The translations under genes were made by a program, and so were the position numbers. Under the pieces are notes generated by a model. That model did not search any database, was not told where the DNA came from, and worked only from the letters and a program-made list of their open reading frames with translations. Positions 17,874-26,983 of a DNA stretch of 32,000 nucleotides are shown here, piece by piece (position 1 is the stretch's first letter; each line of letters starts with the position of its first letter). Source of the DNA: Desulfobulbus propionicus DSM 2032 (lineage in GTDB: Bacteria; Desulfobacterota; Desulfobulbia; Desulfobulbales; Desulfobulbaceae); assembly GCF_000186885.1 (NCBI RefSeq), contig NC_014972.1:570001-602000 (forward strand). Reading direction: 5' to 3'.

Positions 17874-19886
17874 TTAGGTGGTAATGGTAAAGTCAGGAAC
17901 ATACTCCGGTACAATCTGCTGGAGGACTTTCTTGATAGCATTGCTGTCGAGAGCCTTCGCCTGTTGCGCCAACATTTCAAGTAGGTCGTTCAACCTGGTA
18001 ACGGGGATGATCCTTTCTCCTTTCAACACCATGATTTTTTCATGATGCGTGCCGACAATGCCTTCTCCTTCGGTGATGAGTTCTTCATACAGTTTTTCAC
18101 CCGCCCGCAAACCGATATAGCAGATTTCGATTTCATTGTCTGGATCACGTCCGGTGAGTTTGATGAGCTCGCGAGCCATATCGGCTATCTTGACCGGCTC
18201 GCCCATTTTCAGGATAAAGATTTCCCCGCCCTTACCCATGGAGCCGGATTGCAAAATAAGTTGCGCTGCTTCCTCGGCGGACATGAAATAACGGGTGACG
18301 TCGGGATGGGTGACCGTGACCGGTCCTCCTTTTTCAATTTGTCGCTTGAACAGGGGAATGACGGAACCAGAGGAACCGAGGACATTACCGAATCGGACCC
18401 CCATGAACCGGGTTCGATGCGGGCCCGGAGGCTGGGGGTAGAGGAGCGGTTCGTCATTGAGCTCTTCGGTTCTTTGCCGCCAGACCGGACTGAGGCAACC
18501 ATCCCAAGACGATGCGCTGTAGGCGAGCATCAGCAGTTCGGTAACCCGCTTGGAGGCACCCATCACATTGGTCGGTCGGACCGCCTTGTCGGTGGAAACA
18601 AGAACGAAACGATCGACACCGTGGAGGATTGAGGCTTCCATCAGCAGCTGGGTGGCAAAGATATTGTTGTAGACGGCCTGCCAAGGATTCCGTTCGACGA
18701 GGGGGACATGTTTGTAGGCGGCGGTATGGAACACCACCGAAGGATGATGCCGACGGAAGACACTGTCCAGGAGACGCAGATCCTGCACCTTGCCGAGCAC
18801 GGTGACTGTCGTCACATGCTCATGTTCGTGGCGGAGTTCCATCTGCACATTATACAGGTTCTCCTCGCTGCTGTCGTACAGGATGATCAAACCTGGAGTG
18901 AACCGCAGGACCTGACGACATAATTCGGAGCCGATCGAGCCACCGGCGCCGGTGATGAGGATGGTCTTGCCGGTGAGGTAGGCACCTATTTTTTCCTGCT
19001 CCAATCGGACCTCCTCCCGACCGAGCAGATCCTTGTAGGAAATATCGCGAACGGTGGTGATGGACACGCGACCGTTGAGCAACTCATTCATGTCCGGCAG
19101 GACTTTAAATGGAAGCTGTGTTCTTTGGCACAGGGAGACAATTCGCCGCATTCTCGTCTTGTCGAACGCGACCGCGGTGATGAGGATTTCCTGTGTCCTG
19201 GTGCGGCGGGCGTGTTCCTCAAGATCGTTCAGCAGGCCGATGACCGCGACATTGTGCAGTTTCAACCCGATTTTTTTCGGGTCGTCGTCGACCAAGCCGA
19301 CTGCCTGATAGGGGAGTTGGTTGTTTTCCGAAAGTTCGCGCAGCACCTTTTCCGCAGTATCGCCCGCGCCGATGAGCAACAGCCGCTTTTTGTCCGTTGG
19401 CCGGTCTTCCGTGGAAACCAAACTGTGGCTGGTTCCATATCGTTGATAAAAATATCGAATTGCAACCCGATGGCAGGTGATCAGGCCAAACGAGAAAACA
19501 CAGTCAAGAATAAAGACCGAGCGGGAAAAGCCGAGAAAACGATTGCCAAACAGCAACAAGCTAATGATGACCGTCGAGGAAAAAAGCGAAACAATTAAAA
19601 TGGTAATGATATCGTCAAGGCTTGTGTACCGCCACATGCCGCGATAGAGGCCGAAGAGATAGAAGGCGGGAATCTTGACGCCGACAATCAGCGGCAACAG
19701 GTTGAGAAATTGATGGAACTCCTTGACGTTGAGATGCAGTTCGAATCGGACCGCATAGGCAAGATAATGGGCAAGGGCCAATAACACGGCATCAACGCAG
19801 AGAATAACCCAGAATTTTGGGTTTCTTGCCAGAGTCTTAAACAACTTGCCGTGCGTGGTTATTTTTTCGACGATCCTTTCGACCAT
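17874..19886 (-). CDS. Membrane-anchored nucleotide-sugar 4,6-dehydratase/epimerase (CapD/WbpM/PglF family)
   Basis: N-terminal TM segments, then two Rossmann regions (LLIGAGDTAEKV; ILITGAGGSIGSEL), then STDKAVRPTNVMGASKR and VRFGNVLGSSGSV. Start placed at ATG 19886 (MVERIVEK...), which has an upstream AAGGA. The ORF could also start at 19940. Confidence 0.85.
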   Translation of the reverse strand: MVERIVEKITTHGKLFKTLARNPKFWVILCVDAVLLALAHYLAYAVRFELHLNVKEFHQFLNLLPLIVGVKIPAFYLFGLYRGMWRYTSLDDIITILIVSLFSSTVIISLLLFGNRFLGFSRSVFILDCVFSFGLITCHRVAIRYFYQRYGTSHSLVSTEDRPTDKKRLLLIGAGDTAEKVLRELSENNQLPYQAVGLVDDDPKKIGLKLHNVAVIGLLNDLEEHARRTRTQEILITAVAFDKTRMRRIVSLCQRTQLPFKVLPDMNELLNGRVSITTVRDISYKDLLGREEVRLEQEKIGAYLTGKTILITGAGGSIGSELCRQVLRFTPGLIILYDSSEENLYNVQMELRHEHEHVTTVTVLGKVQDLRLLDSVFRRHHPSVVFHTAAYKHVPLVERNPWQAVYNNIFATQLLMEASILHGVDRFVLVSTDKAVRPTNVMGASKRVTELLMLAYSASSWDGCLSPVWRQRTEELNDEPLLYPQPPGPHRTRFMGVRFGNVLGSSGSVIPLFKRQIEKGGPVTVTHPDVTRYFMSAEEAAQLILQSGSMGKGGEIFILKMGEPVKIADMARELIKLTGRDPDNEIEICYIGLRAGEKLYEELITEGEGIVGTHHEKIMVLKGERIIPVTRLNDLLEMLAQQAKALDSNAIKKVLQQIVPEYVPDFTITT

Positions 19887-20028
19887 GGGGTGTCGTTTCC
19901 TTGAGCCTGAAAACCAATGAAAGATGCCCGAGGTGGGCATGAAATAGCGCTCTAAGCTGGTGCCGGTCGACAGATCTCAAGCACCGCATTGTGTTGGGGG
20001 TGAATATCAGTGGGGTAAACGTGTTCCT

Positions 20029-20325
20029 TTATCGCAGGCTTCCGGAGGTGACTCGTATGGCATCGTATTCATGATGCCGCTCCATGTAGGTGGCGACATA
20101 GGAACACTGCGGAACGACCTTTTTACCGTGGCTGCGGGCATCATTCAATGCGTATTCCGTCAGAATGGCGGCCACGTTGCGGCCACGCAGTTCGGGAGGC
20201 ACGAAGGTATGGGTGAAAATCAGCGTGGTGTCATTCTGTTCCACGTAGTCAAGCACGGCGGTTTTTCCTTCAAGGGTTATCTCAAAACGTTTCATCAGTT
20301 CATTTTTCTTGGGTTCGATGGTCAT
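20029..20325 (-). CDS. Small GNAT-like N-acetyltransferase domain protein (YjdJ type)
   Basis: 98 aa from ATG 20325, with AAGAGGA 8 nt upstream. Sequence: MTIEPKKNELMKRFEITLEGKTAVLDYVEQNDTTLIFTHTFVPPELRGRNVAAIL...CSYV. The longer 128-aa version has a P/S/H-rich leader and is unlikely to be real. Confidence 0.65.
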   Translation of the reverse strand: MTIEPKKNELMKRFEITLEGKTAVLDYVEQNDTTLIFTHTFVPPELRGRNVAAILTEYALNDARSHGKKVVPQCSYVATYMERHHEYDAIRVTSGSLR

Positions 20326-20508
20326 GGCGTCTGTCCTCTTCTGGGATGGAATGCCTTGCCGGCCGTGTGGAGACGGATGGCTGGGTGGATGAAGGCCAGA
20401 ATGTTGTTCAGACAATGTTTTCTTTTCTGGTTTCTGTCCAGAGAAATGTTACATTGGTCATGATATGGGATCAAAACTGTCTCCCTTTTCCTTCAAACGA
20501 TGTAGACC

Positions 20509-21681
20509 ATGCGGGTGCCAAGACGAAAGACCAAGAACCGTTTCCGCGGACTGCTGTCCCGGATCAAGGGGATTCCCGAGGTCATCCATTTTCCCGGCAA
20601 CAGCGTGATCCTTCTGCCGCATGGTGGAGATTTTTTCCCTGCGCTGTTCATGGCCATCCAATCCGCCCGCACAACGATCTGTGTTGAATTTTACATCATC
20701 AAACCCGATGCCACCGGCCAGAGATTTGCAGACGTGTTGCGGCAGGCGGCGGGACGAGGCGTCGCGGTTTCACTGCTGTACGATGCCATCGGTTGCTTTG
20801 ATACCCCTGCCGCCTATTTTCAACATTTGCAGGCAGGGGGGGTACGCTGTATAGCCTTCAATCCGCCCGCCTTCTCGCGGCTGCACTGGCTCGATGTCCG
20901 CGATCATCGAAAGATGGTCGTCGTTGACGGCACGATCGCCTTCCTCGGTGGGCTCAACGTGGGCGATGAGTATTCAGGGTATGGCGACAGTGTTCACCGC
21001 TGGCGCGATATCGGTATCCGGCTTGACGGTCCGGTCGCGGGCGAGTTGCAGCGGCTGTTTTGGCAAACGTGGAGAGGGGAGGGCGGACCATCTGTCCCGG
21101 AGCAACACGATTCGCCTGGCCAGGCCGCAGGGGAGGCGAATGTGGTCATTGTCAACGGCACGCCCCATCATACCCGTTCGGTCATCCGCAACTCGTTTCG
21201 TTTGGCCATGGCCGGTTCCTCGCGAAGCATCCGCATCATCACCCCCTATTTTGTCCCTGGCCCGCGCGTGGTTCGGTCGTTGTTGCGAGCCGTCCGGCGC
21301 GGTGTTGAGGTGCGGATCATCCTGCCGTCGATCAGCGATGTGCCGTTGGTGCAAATCATGAGCCGCGCCTATCTGAAACCCTTGCTCGAGGCAGGGGTGG
21401 CCATCTTCGAACGCCAGGGGACCATTCTCCATGCCAAGGTAATGCTGGTCGATGACCGCTGGTCCACGTTTGGCTCCGCCAACCTCGATTTCCGCAGCTT
21501 TCATCGCAACCACGAGATCAATGTCATCATTGACAGCCGTGCGTTCGGCGAGCAGGTGGCGGCGCTGTTCGAGGAAGAAGTGACGCTGTCGCGCAGGATT
21601 ACTCTGTCTGAAAACGCGCGGCGGAACAGGTTCGAACGGCTGTGCGGATGGTTGCTGACCCCGCTGAGCCGTTTTCTCTAA
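20509..21681 (+). CDS. Phospholipase D family protein, cardiolipin synthase (ClsB)-like
   Basis: 390 aa with two HKD motifs: HRKMVVVDGTIAFLGGLNVGDEY and HAKVMLVDDRWSTFGSANLDFRS. No N-terminal TM segments. Confidence 0.82.
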   Translation: MRVPRRKTKNRFRGLLSRIKGIPEVIHFPGNSVILLPHGGDFFPALFMAIQSARTTICVEFYIIKPDATGQRFADVLRQAAGRGVAVSLLYDAIGCFDTPAAYFQHLQAGGVRCIAFNPPAFSRLHWLDVRDHRKMVVVDGTIAFLGGLNVGDEYSGYGDSVHRWRDIGIRLDGPVAGELQRLFWQTWRGEGGPSVPEQHDSPGQAAGEANVVIVNGTPHHTRSVIRNSFRLAMAGSSRSIRIITPYFVPGPRVVRSLLRAVRRGVEVRIILPSISDVPLVQIMSRAYLKPLLEAGVAIFERQGTILHAKVMLVDDRWSTFGSANLDFRSFHRNHEINVIIDSRAFGEQVAALFEEEVTLSRRITLSENARRNRFERLCGWLLTPLSRFL

Positions 21682-21690
21682 CGGGGGCAC

Positions 21691-21727
21691 AGAAGCAGCC
21701 GGGTACAGGCAAGCTTCTCTTGCTTTT
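21691..21727 (+). terminator. Putative rho-independent terminator after the PLD gene
   Basis: AGAAGCAGCC gggtaca GGCAAGCTTCT forms a 9-bp stem with one small internal loop, followed by CTTGCTTTTG. Confidence 0.4.
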
Positions 21728-21839
21728 GCCCTTGCACGGTGGTATCCATCAAACCCTTGGCTTAAACGAGGTCAGGTCCTGTTCCGTGCCCTGTTTCCCG
21801 TGATTCACATCTTTCTCTCTTTTTCCTGATCAAGCACCT

Positions 21840-23468
21840 ATGACTGCCTATTGCATCGGTATCGATACCGGCGGCACCTATACCGACGCCGTTCTCATGG
21901 ACACGCGCACCGGCCAGGTGGTGGCCTGGCAAAAAGAACGCACCACCCCGCATGACCTCAGTCTTGGCGTGGGCAAGGCATTGGCTGGACTGTTGCGCCA
22001 ATCGGCCCGGCCGGCGGAGGTAGTCAAACTGTCGGTCTCGACCACCTTGGCCACCAATGCGGTGGTGGAAGGGCGCGGCGCCAGGGTCGGATTGTTTGTC
22101 CTCGGCTATGTTCGCCACTTCAAGCTGCCGGTGGTGGCCAATATCTTTCTCAAAGGAGGGCACACCATTACCGGCGAGGAGGACGAGCCCCTGGACATCG
22201 AAACCCTGATCGACACTCTGCCCGGATTGGCCAACGAGGTCGACAGTTATGCGGTCTGCGGCGCCATGTCGATCAAGAATCCGACCCACGAACTGGTGGC
22301 CCAGGAGGCGATCCGCCTGATTGATTCCAAGCCGGTGTTCTGTTCGCATCGAGTGTCCAGCCACCCCGGCATGCTCGAACGGTCGGCCACCGCCTGCCTT
22401 CATGCCAAGCTGATGCCGCTGATGACCGATTTTCTTGCCTCGATCCAGCGTTCCATGCTTACGGTGGGGCTCGACTGTCCGGTGACCATCATCTGCGGCA
22501 ATGGCCAAGGGATGGAGTTGGAGCGGATAGCCGACCAGGCGGCGATCACCATGGCCAGCGGTCCGGCGGCGACCGCACGTTTCGGCGCGGCCGATGGGTT
22601 TGCCGATGCCTTGGTGGTCGATGTCGGCGGCACCACCACCGACGTCTGTCTGATCAAGGACGGCAAACCCTTGCTGAACCGCGAGGGCTGCGCCATCGGT
22701 GAATGGCGGACCCATGTCGAGGCGGTGGACATGTACACGGCCGGTGCCGGCGGTGACAGCCACGTGGTCTGTCAGCGCGACGGCCGCGTCATTCTGAAGA
22801 GCACACGGGTTCAACCTCTGGCCATGACCCCGGAGCTGCTTGACCCGCACACCTGGCTCAACAGCGCCACGGATTGCTCCCTGGTGCTGCCGGTGGAAGG
22901 ACTCGATCCTGTCCTGATTGAAGCGGATCCCATCCTCCGTTTCCTGATCCAGCACGGCCCGACCCCACCCAGCACTTTGGCCGAACGGACCGGAATCGGC
23001 GGCATCGTTCTGGAGAAACGGCTGGAACGGCTGATGTTTCTCCAGCAGGTGGTGTTGGCAGGTTTCACCCCCACCGACGCCCTTCATGCCCTGGGAATGC
23101 TCGAGATAGGCAATACCGCCGCCAGTCGCAGCGGGGCCGAAGTGCTGGCGGCCGAGCAGGGGCTATCCGTTGAAGAATTCTGCCGTCAGGTGGTAACCGA
23201 GACTGAGGCGGCGATCGAGACCATCGTTCTCACCTACCTGGGCCGCGCTGTCTGGCAGGACGTGCAGAGCGCTCCCTTCCTCAACCGTCGCGACAACGAG
23301 TTGTTCTCCCTTCATTTCCGTCTCAAGTTGCCGATTATCGGCATTGGCGCCGCGGCCCGTTGTTTTCTCCCCGGCGTGGCCCGCCGGCTGGGAACGACCG
23401 TTTCCTTTCCCGAGTACTGCGAGGTGGGGAACGCCATCGGTGCCGCCCTGATCGGCGTGGACGGATAA
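21840..23468 (+). CDS. Hydantoinase/oxoprolinase-family (ASKHA-fold) protein
   Basis: 542 aa. N-terminal IGIDTGGTYTDAVL phosphate-1 motif and a second VVDVGGTTTDV motif, the typical Hydant_A_N/Hydantoinase_A arrangement. No HyuB-like partner is adjacent. Confidence 0.75.
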   Translation: MTAYCIGIDTGGTYTDAVLMDTRTGQVVAWQKERTTPHDLSLGVGKALAGLLRQSARPAEVVKLSVSTTLATNAVVEGRGARVGLFVLGYVRHFKLPVVANIFLKGGHTITGEEDEPLDIETLIDTLPGLANEVDSYAVCGAMSIKNPTHELVAQEAIRLIDSKPVFCSHRVSSHPGMLERSATACLHAKLMPLMTDFLASIQRSMLTVGLDCPVTIICGNGQGMELERIADQAAITMASGPAATARFGAADGFADALVVDVGGTTTDVCLIKDGKPLLNREGCAIGEWRTHVEAVDMYTAGAGGDSHVVCQRDGRVILKSTRVQPLAMTPELLDPHTWLNSATDCSLVLPVEGLDPVLIEADPILRFLIQHGPTPPSTLAERTGIGGIVLEKRLERLMFLQQVVLAGFTPTDALHALGMLEIGNTAASRSGAEVLAAEQGLSVEEFCRQVVTETEAAIETIVLTYLGRAVWQDVQSAPFLNRRDNELFSLHFRLKLPIIGIGAAARCFLPGVARRLGTTVSFPEYCEVGNAIGAALIGVDG

Positions 23469-23611
23469 AGGGCCTGCGTCAACCTGCCTGGTGCTGGGAC
23501 ATTTGGGGGCACGTGTGCCGGTGACAAGCGAGGCCCCCGCCTTTTCTTCTTTACTTCTCCGCTACTCTGGTTACTTTTGAGAAAGTCTCTCAGTTAACGA
23601 AGGGGTAACGC

Positions 23612-24310
23612 ATGGATATACTGCTCAGTCAATTTGATACCTACCTGCAGTCCTCGCTGCTCGCCTCGCTGATCATTGCTTTTGCCGGGGGGGTACTCGC
23701 CAGCCTGACCCCCTGTGTCTATCCGATGATTCCCATAACCGCCGGGGTGATCGGCCATGCCAACATCGGTGGGTCAAGGTGGCGCGGATTTGTTTTGTCC
23801 CTGATCTATGTGACCGGCATGGCCCTGACCTATGCCGCGCTTGGCGTCTTTGCCGCCGCCACCGGCCGGTTTTTCGGAGCGATCAACAGCAGCCCCTGGA
23901 CGTTTCTTTTGGTCGGCAATATTATTCTGCTCTTTGCACTGGGCATGCTCGATGTCGTACAATTGCCCACTTTTGCAGGCAGGATGGCCAGTCGGAGATT
24001 GGGAATGACCGGCATCTTCGTGGCAGGAATCTCCTCGGCCCTGGTTGCCGGCCCCTGTACCACCCCGGTGCTCGGCACCCTGCTCGCCTATACCGCCACC
24101 ACCCGCAGTCTGGTCGCGGGCGGCTTGTTGCTCTTTGTTTTTTCGTTGGGCATGGGCGCCCTTCTGCTGGGCGTGGGCACCTTCTCCAGTTTCCTCGCCT
24201 CCATTCCCCGTTCCGGAAGTTGGATGGTGAAGATCAAAAAAATCATGGGATGGTGTATGCTGGCCCTGGCCCAGTACTTCTTCATCAAGGCCGGATCGAT
24301 GTTTCTGTAG
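23612..24310 (+). CDS. ccdA: Cytochrome c biogenesis / thiol-disulfide electron transfer membrane protein (CcdA/DsbD-core family)
   Basis: 232 aa, 6 TM segments, signature LTPCVYPMIPIT and a second Cys in GPCTTPVLG. AAGGGG SD 6 nt upstream. Confidence 0.85.
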   Translation: MDILLSQFDTYLQSSLLASLIIAFAGGVLASLTPCVYPMIPITAGVIGHANIGGSRWRGFVLSLIYVTGMALTYAALGVFAAATGRFFGAINSSPWTFLLVGNIILLFALGMLDVVQLPTFAGRMASRRLGMTGIFVAGISSALVAGPCTTPVLGTLLAYTATTRSLVAGGLLLFVFSLGMGALLLGVGTFSSFLASIPRSGSWMVKIKKIMGWCMLALAQYFFIKAGSMFL

Positions 24311-24358
24311 GAACAAAACGATCCAACTGCAACCCTCTTCTCCCGGACGCTGAAAATA

Positions 24359-24856
24359 ATGATGCGAAAAAATGCTGTGTCTTCCCTGTTGGTGTTCCTG
24401 CTGGTGCTCGCCCCCTGTTCCCTGTTGGCCGTTCAGGAGGGACAGCGGCTGATTCCCTTTCAAGGGACCGATCTCAACGGTAATCCCATCGATCTGCAAC
24501 GGAGTATCGGCAGCAAGCCAGTGATGCTCATCTTTTGGGCCTCCTGGTGCCCAACCTGCAAAACCGAGGTGCCCAAGATCAACAAGCTGGCCGAGCAATA
24601 CAGCGGACGGGGAATGGATTTCATCGCCGTCAATGTGGGGTACAATGATTCAGTTGAGCGGGCACAGGCCTTTGCCCAGAAGAACGGTATGCGCTATCCG
24701 GCCTTCTTTGACGGTTCCGGAAAGGTCAGCGAGCAGTATCAGCTCCTGGGGGTTCCGACCATCATTATCGCCGATAAACACGGCGTGGTCCGCTTCCGCA
24801 ATTTCGTCACTCCGGACATTCCCGAAGAGACCTTTGCCAAGCTGATGGCGGAGTGA
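24359..24856 (+). CDS. Secreted thioredoxin-fold thiol:disulfide oxidoreductase (TlpA/ResA-like)
   Basis: 165 aa, N-terminal signal sequence, active site FWASWCPTCKTEVP (CxxC). Located 48 nt downstream of ccdA. Confidence 0.85.
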   Translation: MMRKNAVSSLLVFLLVLAPCSLLAVQEGQRLIPFQGTDLNGNPIDLQRSIGSKPVMLIFWASWCPTCKTEVPKINKLAEQYSGRGMDFIAVNVGYNDSVERAQAFAQKNGMRYPAFFDGSGKVSEQYQLLGVPTIIIADKHGVVRFRNFVTPDIPEETFAKLMAE

Positions 24857-24863
24857 AGGAAGG

Positions 24864-25289
24864 TTACGGCTCGCCGTCCGTGGCCACCACCGTGTAGGCT
24901 GTCTGCACCTCCGGTGGAATGGAAACCGGCCTGCCGGTGTGGAGATCGCAGAAGATAAACAGGGTGGAGGCGGTGGCCAGGACCGTGTTGTCGGCCGGGC
25001 GAAGGAATTTGTATTTGCGCAGGGAACGGATCTTCTGAAATTCAGCAACCCAGGTGAGAATGTGGATCGTTTCTCCGGCGTAGGCCGAGTGAAAATACTC
25101 AATGGAATGGGAGCGGATGATCCAGGTTCGGCCCAGGGAGAGATAACGTTCCGTCGGCCAGCCCAACCGAGTGGAGTGGATGATGGCCGCCTCCTGCATC
25201 CATTGAACGTACTGCACGTTGTTGACGTGACCGTTGAGGTCGATGGCGCTCTCCGGAACGACCAACTCTATCGTGCCGACAGCGGTCAT
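24864..25289 (-). CDS. Acyl-CoA thioesterase, hotdog fold (4HBT/YbgC-like)
   Basis: 141 aa; ...ESAIDLNGHVNNVQYVQWMQEAA..., typical of 4HBT-family thioesterases. The start ATG overlaps the tolC-like stop (TAATG). Confidence 0.75.
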   Translation of the reverse strand: MTAVGTIELVVPESAIDLNGHVNNVQYVQWMQEAAIIHSTRLGWPTERYLSLGRTWIIRSHSIEYFHSAYAGETIHILTWVAEFQKIRSLRKYKFLRPADNTVLATASTLFIFCDLHTGRPVSIPPEVQTAYTVVATDGEP

Positions 25290-26686
25290 TATCGATTCCC
25301 GGGCTGTTTCTGCAGGACGTTGAGGTTGCGGCCCGTGGCCGAGAGCAGCCGCTGTTGCGCCAATTGATGCCCGACCAGGGCCTGGGCCAGGCGGCCATAG
25401 GTGGTGATCAGATCGCGCTGTGCTTCGTTCAGCCGCACCAATGAGGCCTCGCCCGCCTCGTATTCATTTTTCGCCAGATCGCGGTTTTCCTCCACCAGCT
25501 GTACCGTCTCCCGTTGCAGGCGGACCTGTTCTTCGGCCGCAGCCAGCAGAGCCAGATCCTGGCGAATTTCGGCGGCAATCGAATTGCGCAGGCCCGCCAG
25601 GGTGTATCCCGCTTCCCGCCTAGCCTGTTCCGCCTCGATTAATCGCGCCTTGTCGGCCCCGCCCGCATAGAGATTCCAGCTCATGTTCATGGCCACGGTA
25701 TTGCCGAAGTCATCCTCGTCAAGTCCCATGTCCCCCTCCTTGGCCCCCTCAAGGGCTCCGGCAATATGCACCTTGGGATAAAAGGGGGCCTTGGCCATGC
25801 CGGTGGCGGCATCCGTCTGTTTGACCACATTTTCCAGACGCCGGACATCGGGCCGGGTTGCCAGGGCGTCCTGAATGAGCTGTTCCGTCTTTTCCTTTGA
25901 TGAGGTGGCCGCTCGCGCCTTGTCCAGGGCTTCCAGCCGCAGGTTGGGAGGGAAGGTGGCTTCGGGCAGGCCCATGAGCGCCGCCAGGCCGTAACCCGCA
26001 GCCTCGAATTCCCGTTGCGAGCGAATCAGACTGGTTTTGGCCGAATTGACCTGCACCTTGATGTTGAGGATGTCGCCCCAGGGACCGGCACCGACGTCGT
26101 AGCGATTCTGGGCGTCCTCAAGCTGACGGGTGTAAAAGGTTTCATCGGCGCGAGCTATGTCGATGTAGGTCTGGGCCAGCTGCGCGTTGAGAAAAGCCTC
26201 GGCCACCGAGGTGACCAGCAATCGCTGGCTGTCGACCAGGGCAGCGCTGACGGACTGTTCGTCGTAGGCGGCCTGTTGTTCCTTGAAATTGCGATAAAAT
26301 CCGTCGAACAAGACCCAGGTGGCCTGCAGGTTGGCACTGTATTGCTCCGTGGTCTGGTCGGTGCTGAGGCCGAACTTGGAGTACAGGTTGTTGCTGGCCC
26401 GATAACTGCTCTCCGAGAGTCGTTGACGAGCACCGCCGCCATTCAGGTCAAGGCTTGGCCACCAGGTTGCCGCGGCTTGACGCACCCTGGCCCGTGCCTG
26501 TTCGACCCTGGCCTGAGCGGCGGCCATGTCCGGATTGCTTGCCACGGCAATGGTTTGGGCAGTCTGCAGATCGAGGATTTTGAGTGCGGCCAGATCGATG
26601 GTCCCGCTATGTTTTTCCGCTGCTGCGGCCACCGTGCCCAGGCAGCAGAACAACATCATGACTCCTACCACTATCCGTTGCATCAT
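25289..26686 (-). CDS. TolC-family outer membrane efflux protein
   Basis: From ATG 26686 (GGAGGA immediately upstream; second ATG at 26683): signal peptide MMQRIVVGVMMLFCCLGTVAAAA, then two OEP repeats (e.g. ARVRQAAATWWPSLDLNG, ...FYPKVHIAGAL...). The track's 5' extension to 26965 is rejected. Confidence 0.85.
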   Translation of the reverse strand: MMQRIVVGVMMLFCCLGTVAAAAEKHSGTIDLAALKILDLQTAQTIAVASNPDMAAAQARVEQARARVRQAAATWWPSLDLNGGGARQRLSESSYRASNNLYSKFGLSTDQTTEQYSANLQATWVLFDGFYRNFKEQQAAYDEQSVSAALVDSQRLLVTSVAEAFLNAQLAQTYIDIARADETFYTRQLEDAQNRYDVGAGPWGDILNIKVQVNSAKTSLIRSQREFEAAGYGLAALMGLPEATFPPNLRLEALDKARAATSSKEKTEQLIQDALATRPDVRRLENVVKQTDAATGMAKAPFYPKVHIAGALEGAKEGDMGLDEDDFGNTVAMNMSWNLYAGGADKARLIEAEQARREAGYTLAGLRNSIAAEIRQDLALLAAAEEQVRLQRETVQLVEENRDLAKNEYEAGEASLVRLNEAQRDLITTYGRLAQALVGHQLAQQRLLSATGRNLNVLQKQPGNR

Positions 26687-26853
26687 TTCCTCCGGTCGCG
26701 CAACCGAACATCTTTGTTGGTGCATCCGCCGCCATGTGCATGGCCAGCGGCGTGGTAAAAACGCATCGGGCACTATAAACCACTCAGCGCTTCGCTGACA
26801 CGGGAAAAGCGGCCTCGTGTCGGGTTTTCCCGAAGAAGATCGAATCACTGCCG

Positions 26854-26902
26854 AAAAAAAGAACGAGTCAGCCTGCTTCCAAGCAGGCTTATACCCTGAC
26901 TC
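26854..26902 (-). terminator. Putative rho-independent terminator ending the cyd operon
   Basis: Minus strand: GAGTCAG ggtataag CCTGC ttggaa GCAGG CTGACTC, followed by GTTCTTTTTTT. An alternative inner stem is AGCCTGC/GCAGGCT. Located 82 nt after the small ORF stop. Confidence 0.55.
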
Positions 26903-26983
26903 GCTGCGGTGGGGGAGAGGGGCGACAGTGTCGCTGCAATGTCCCAGGTTGCAGGATATGCACACGGCACGTTCGCCACGGCA

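Noticed and set aside
21762-23087. 441-aa minus-strand ORF covering the hydantoinase-like gene
   Set aside because: It is an antisense shadow ORF with G/R/A/H-rich composition and no motifs. The plus-strand frame has clear ASKHA phosphate-binding motifs.
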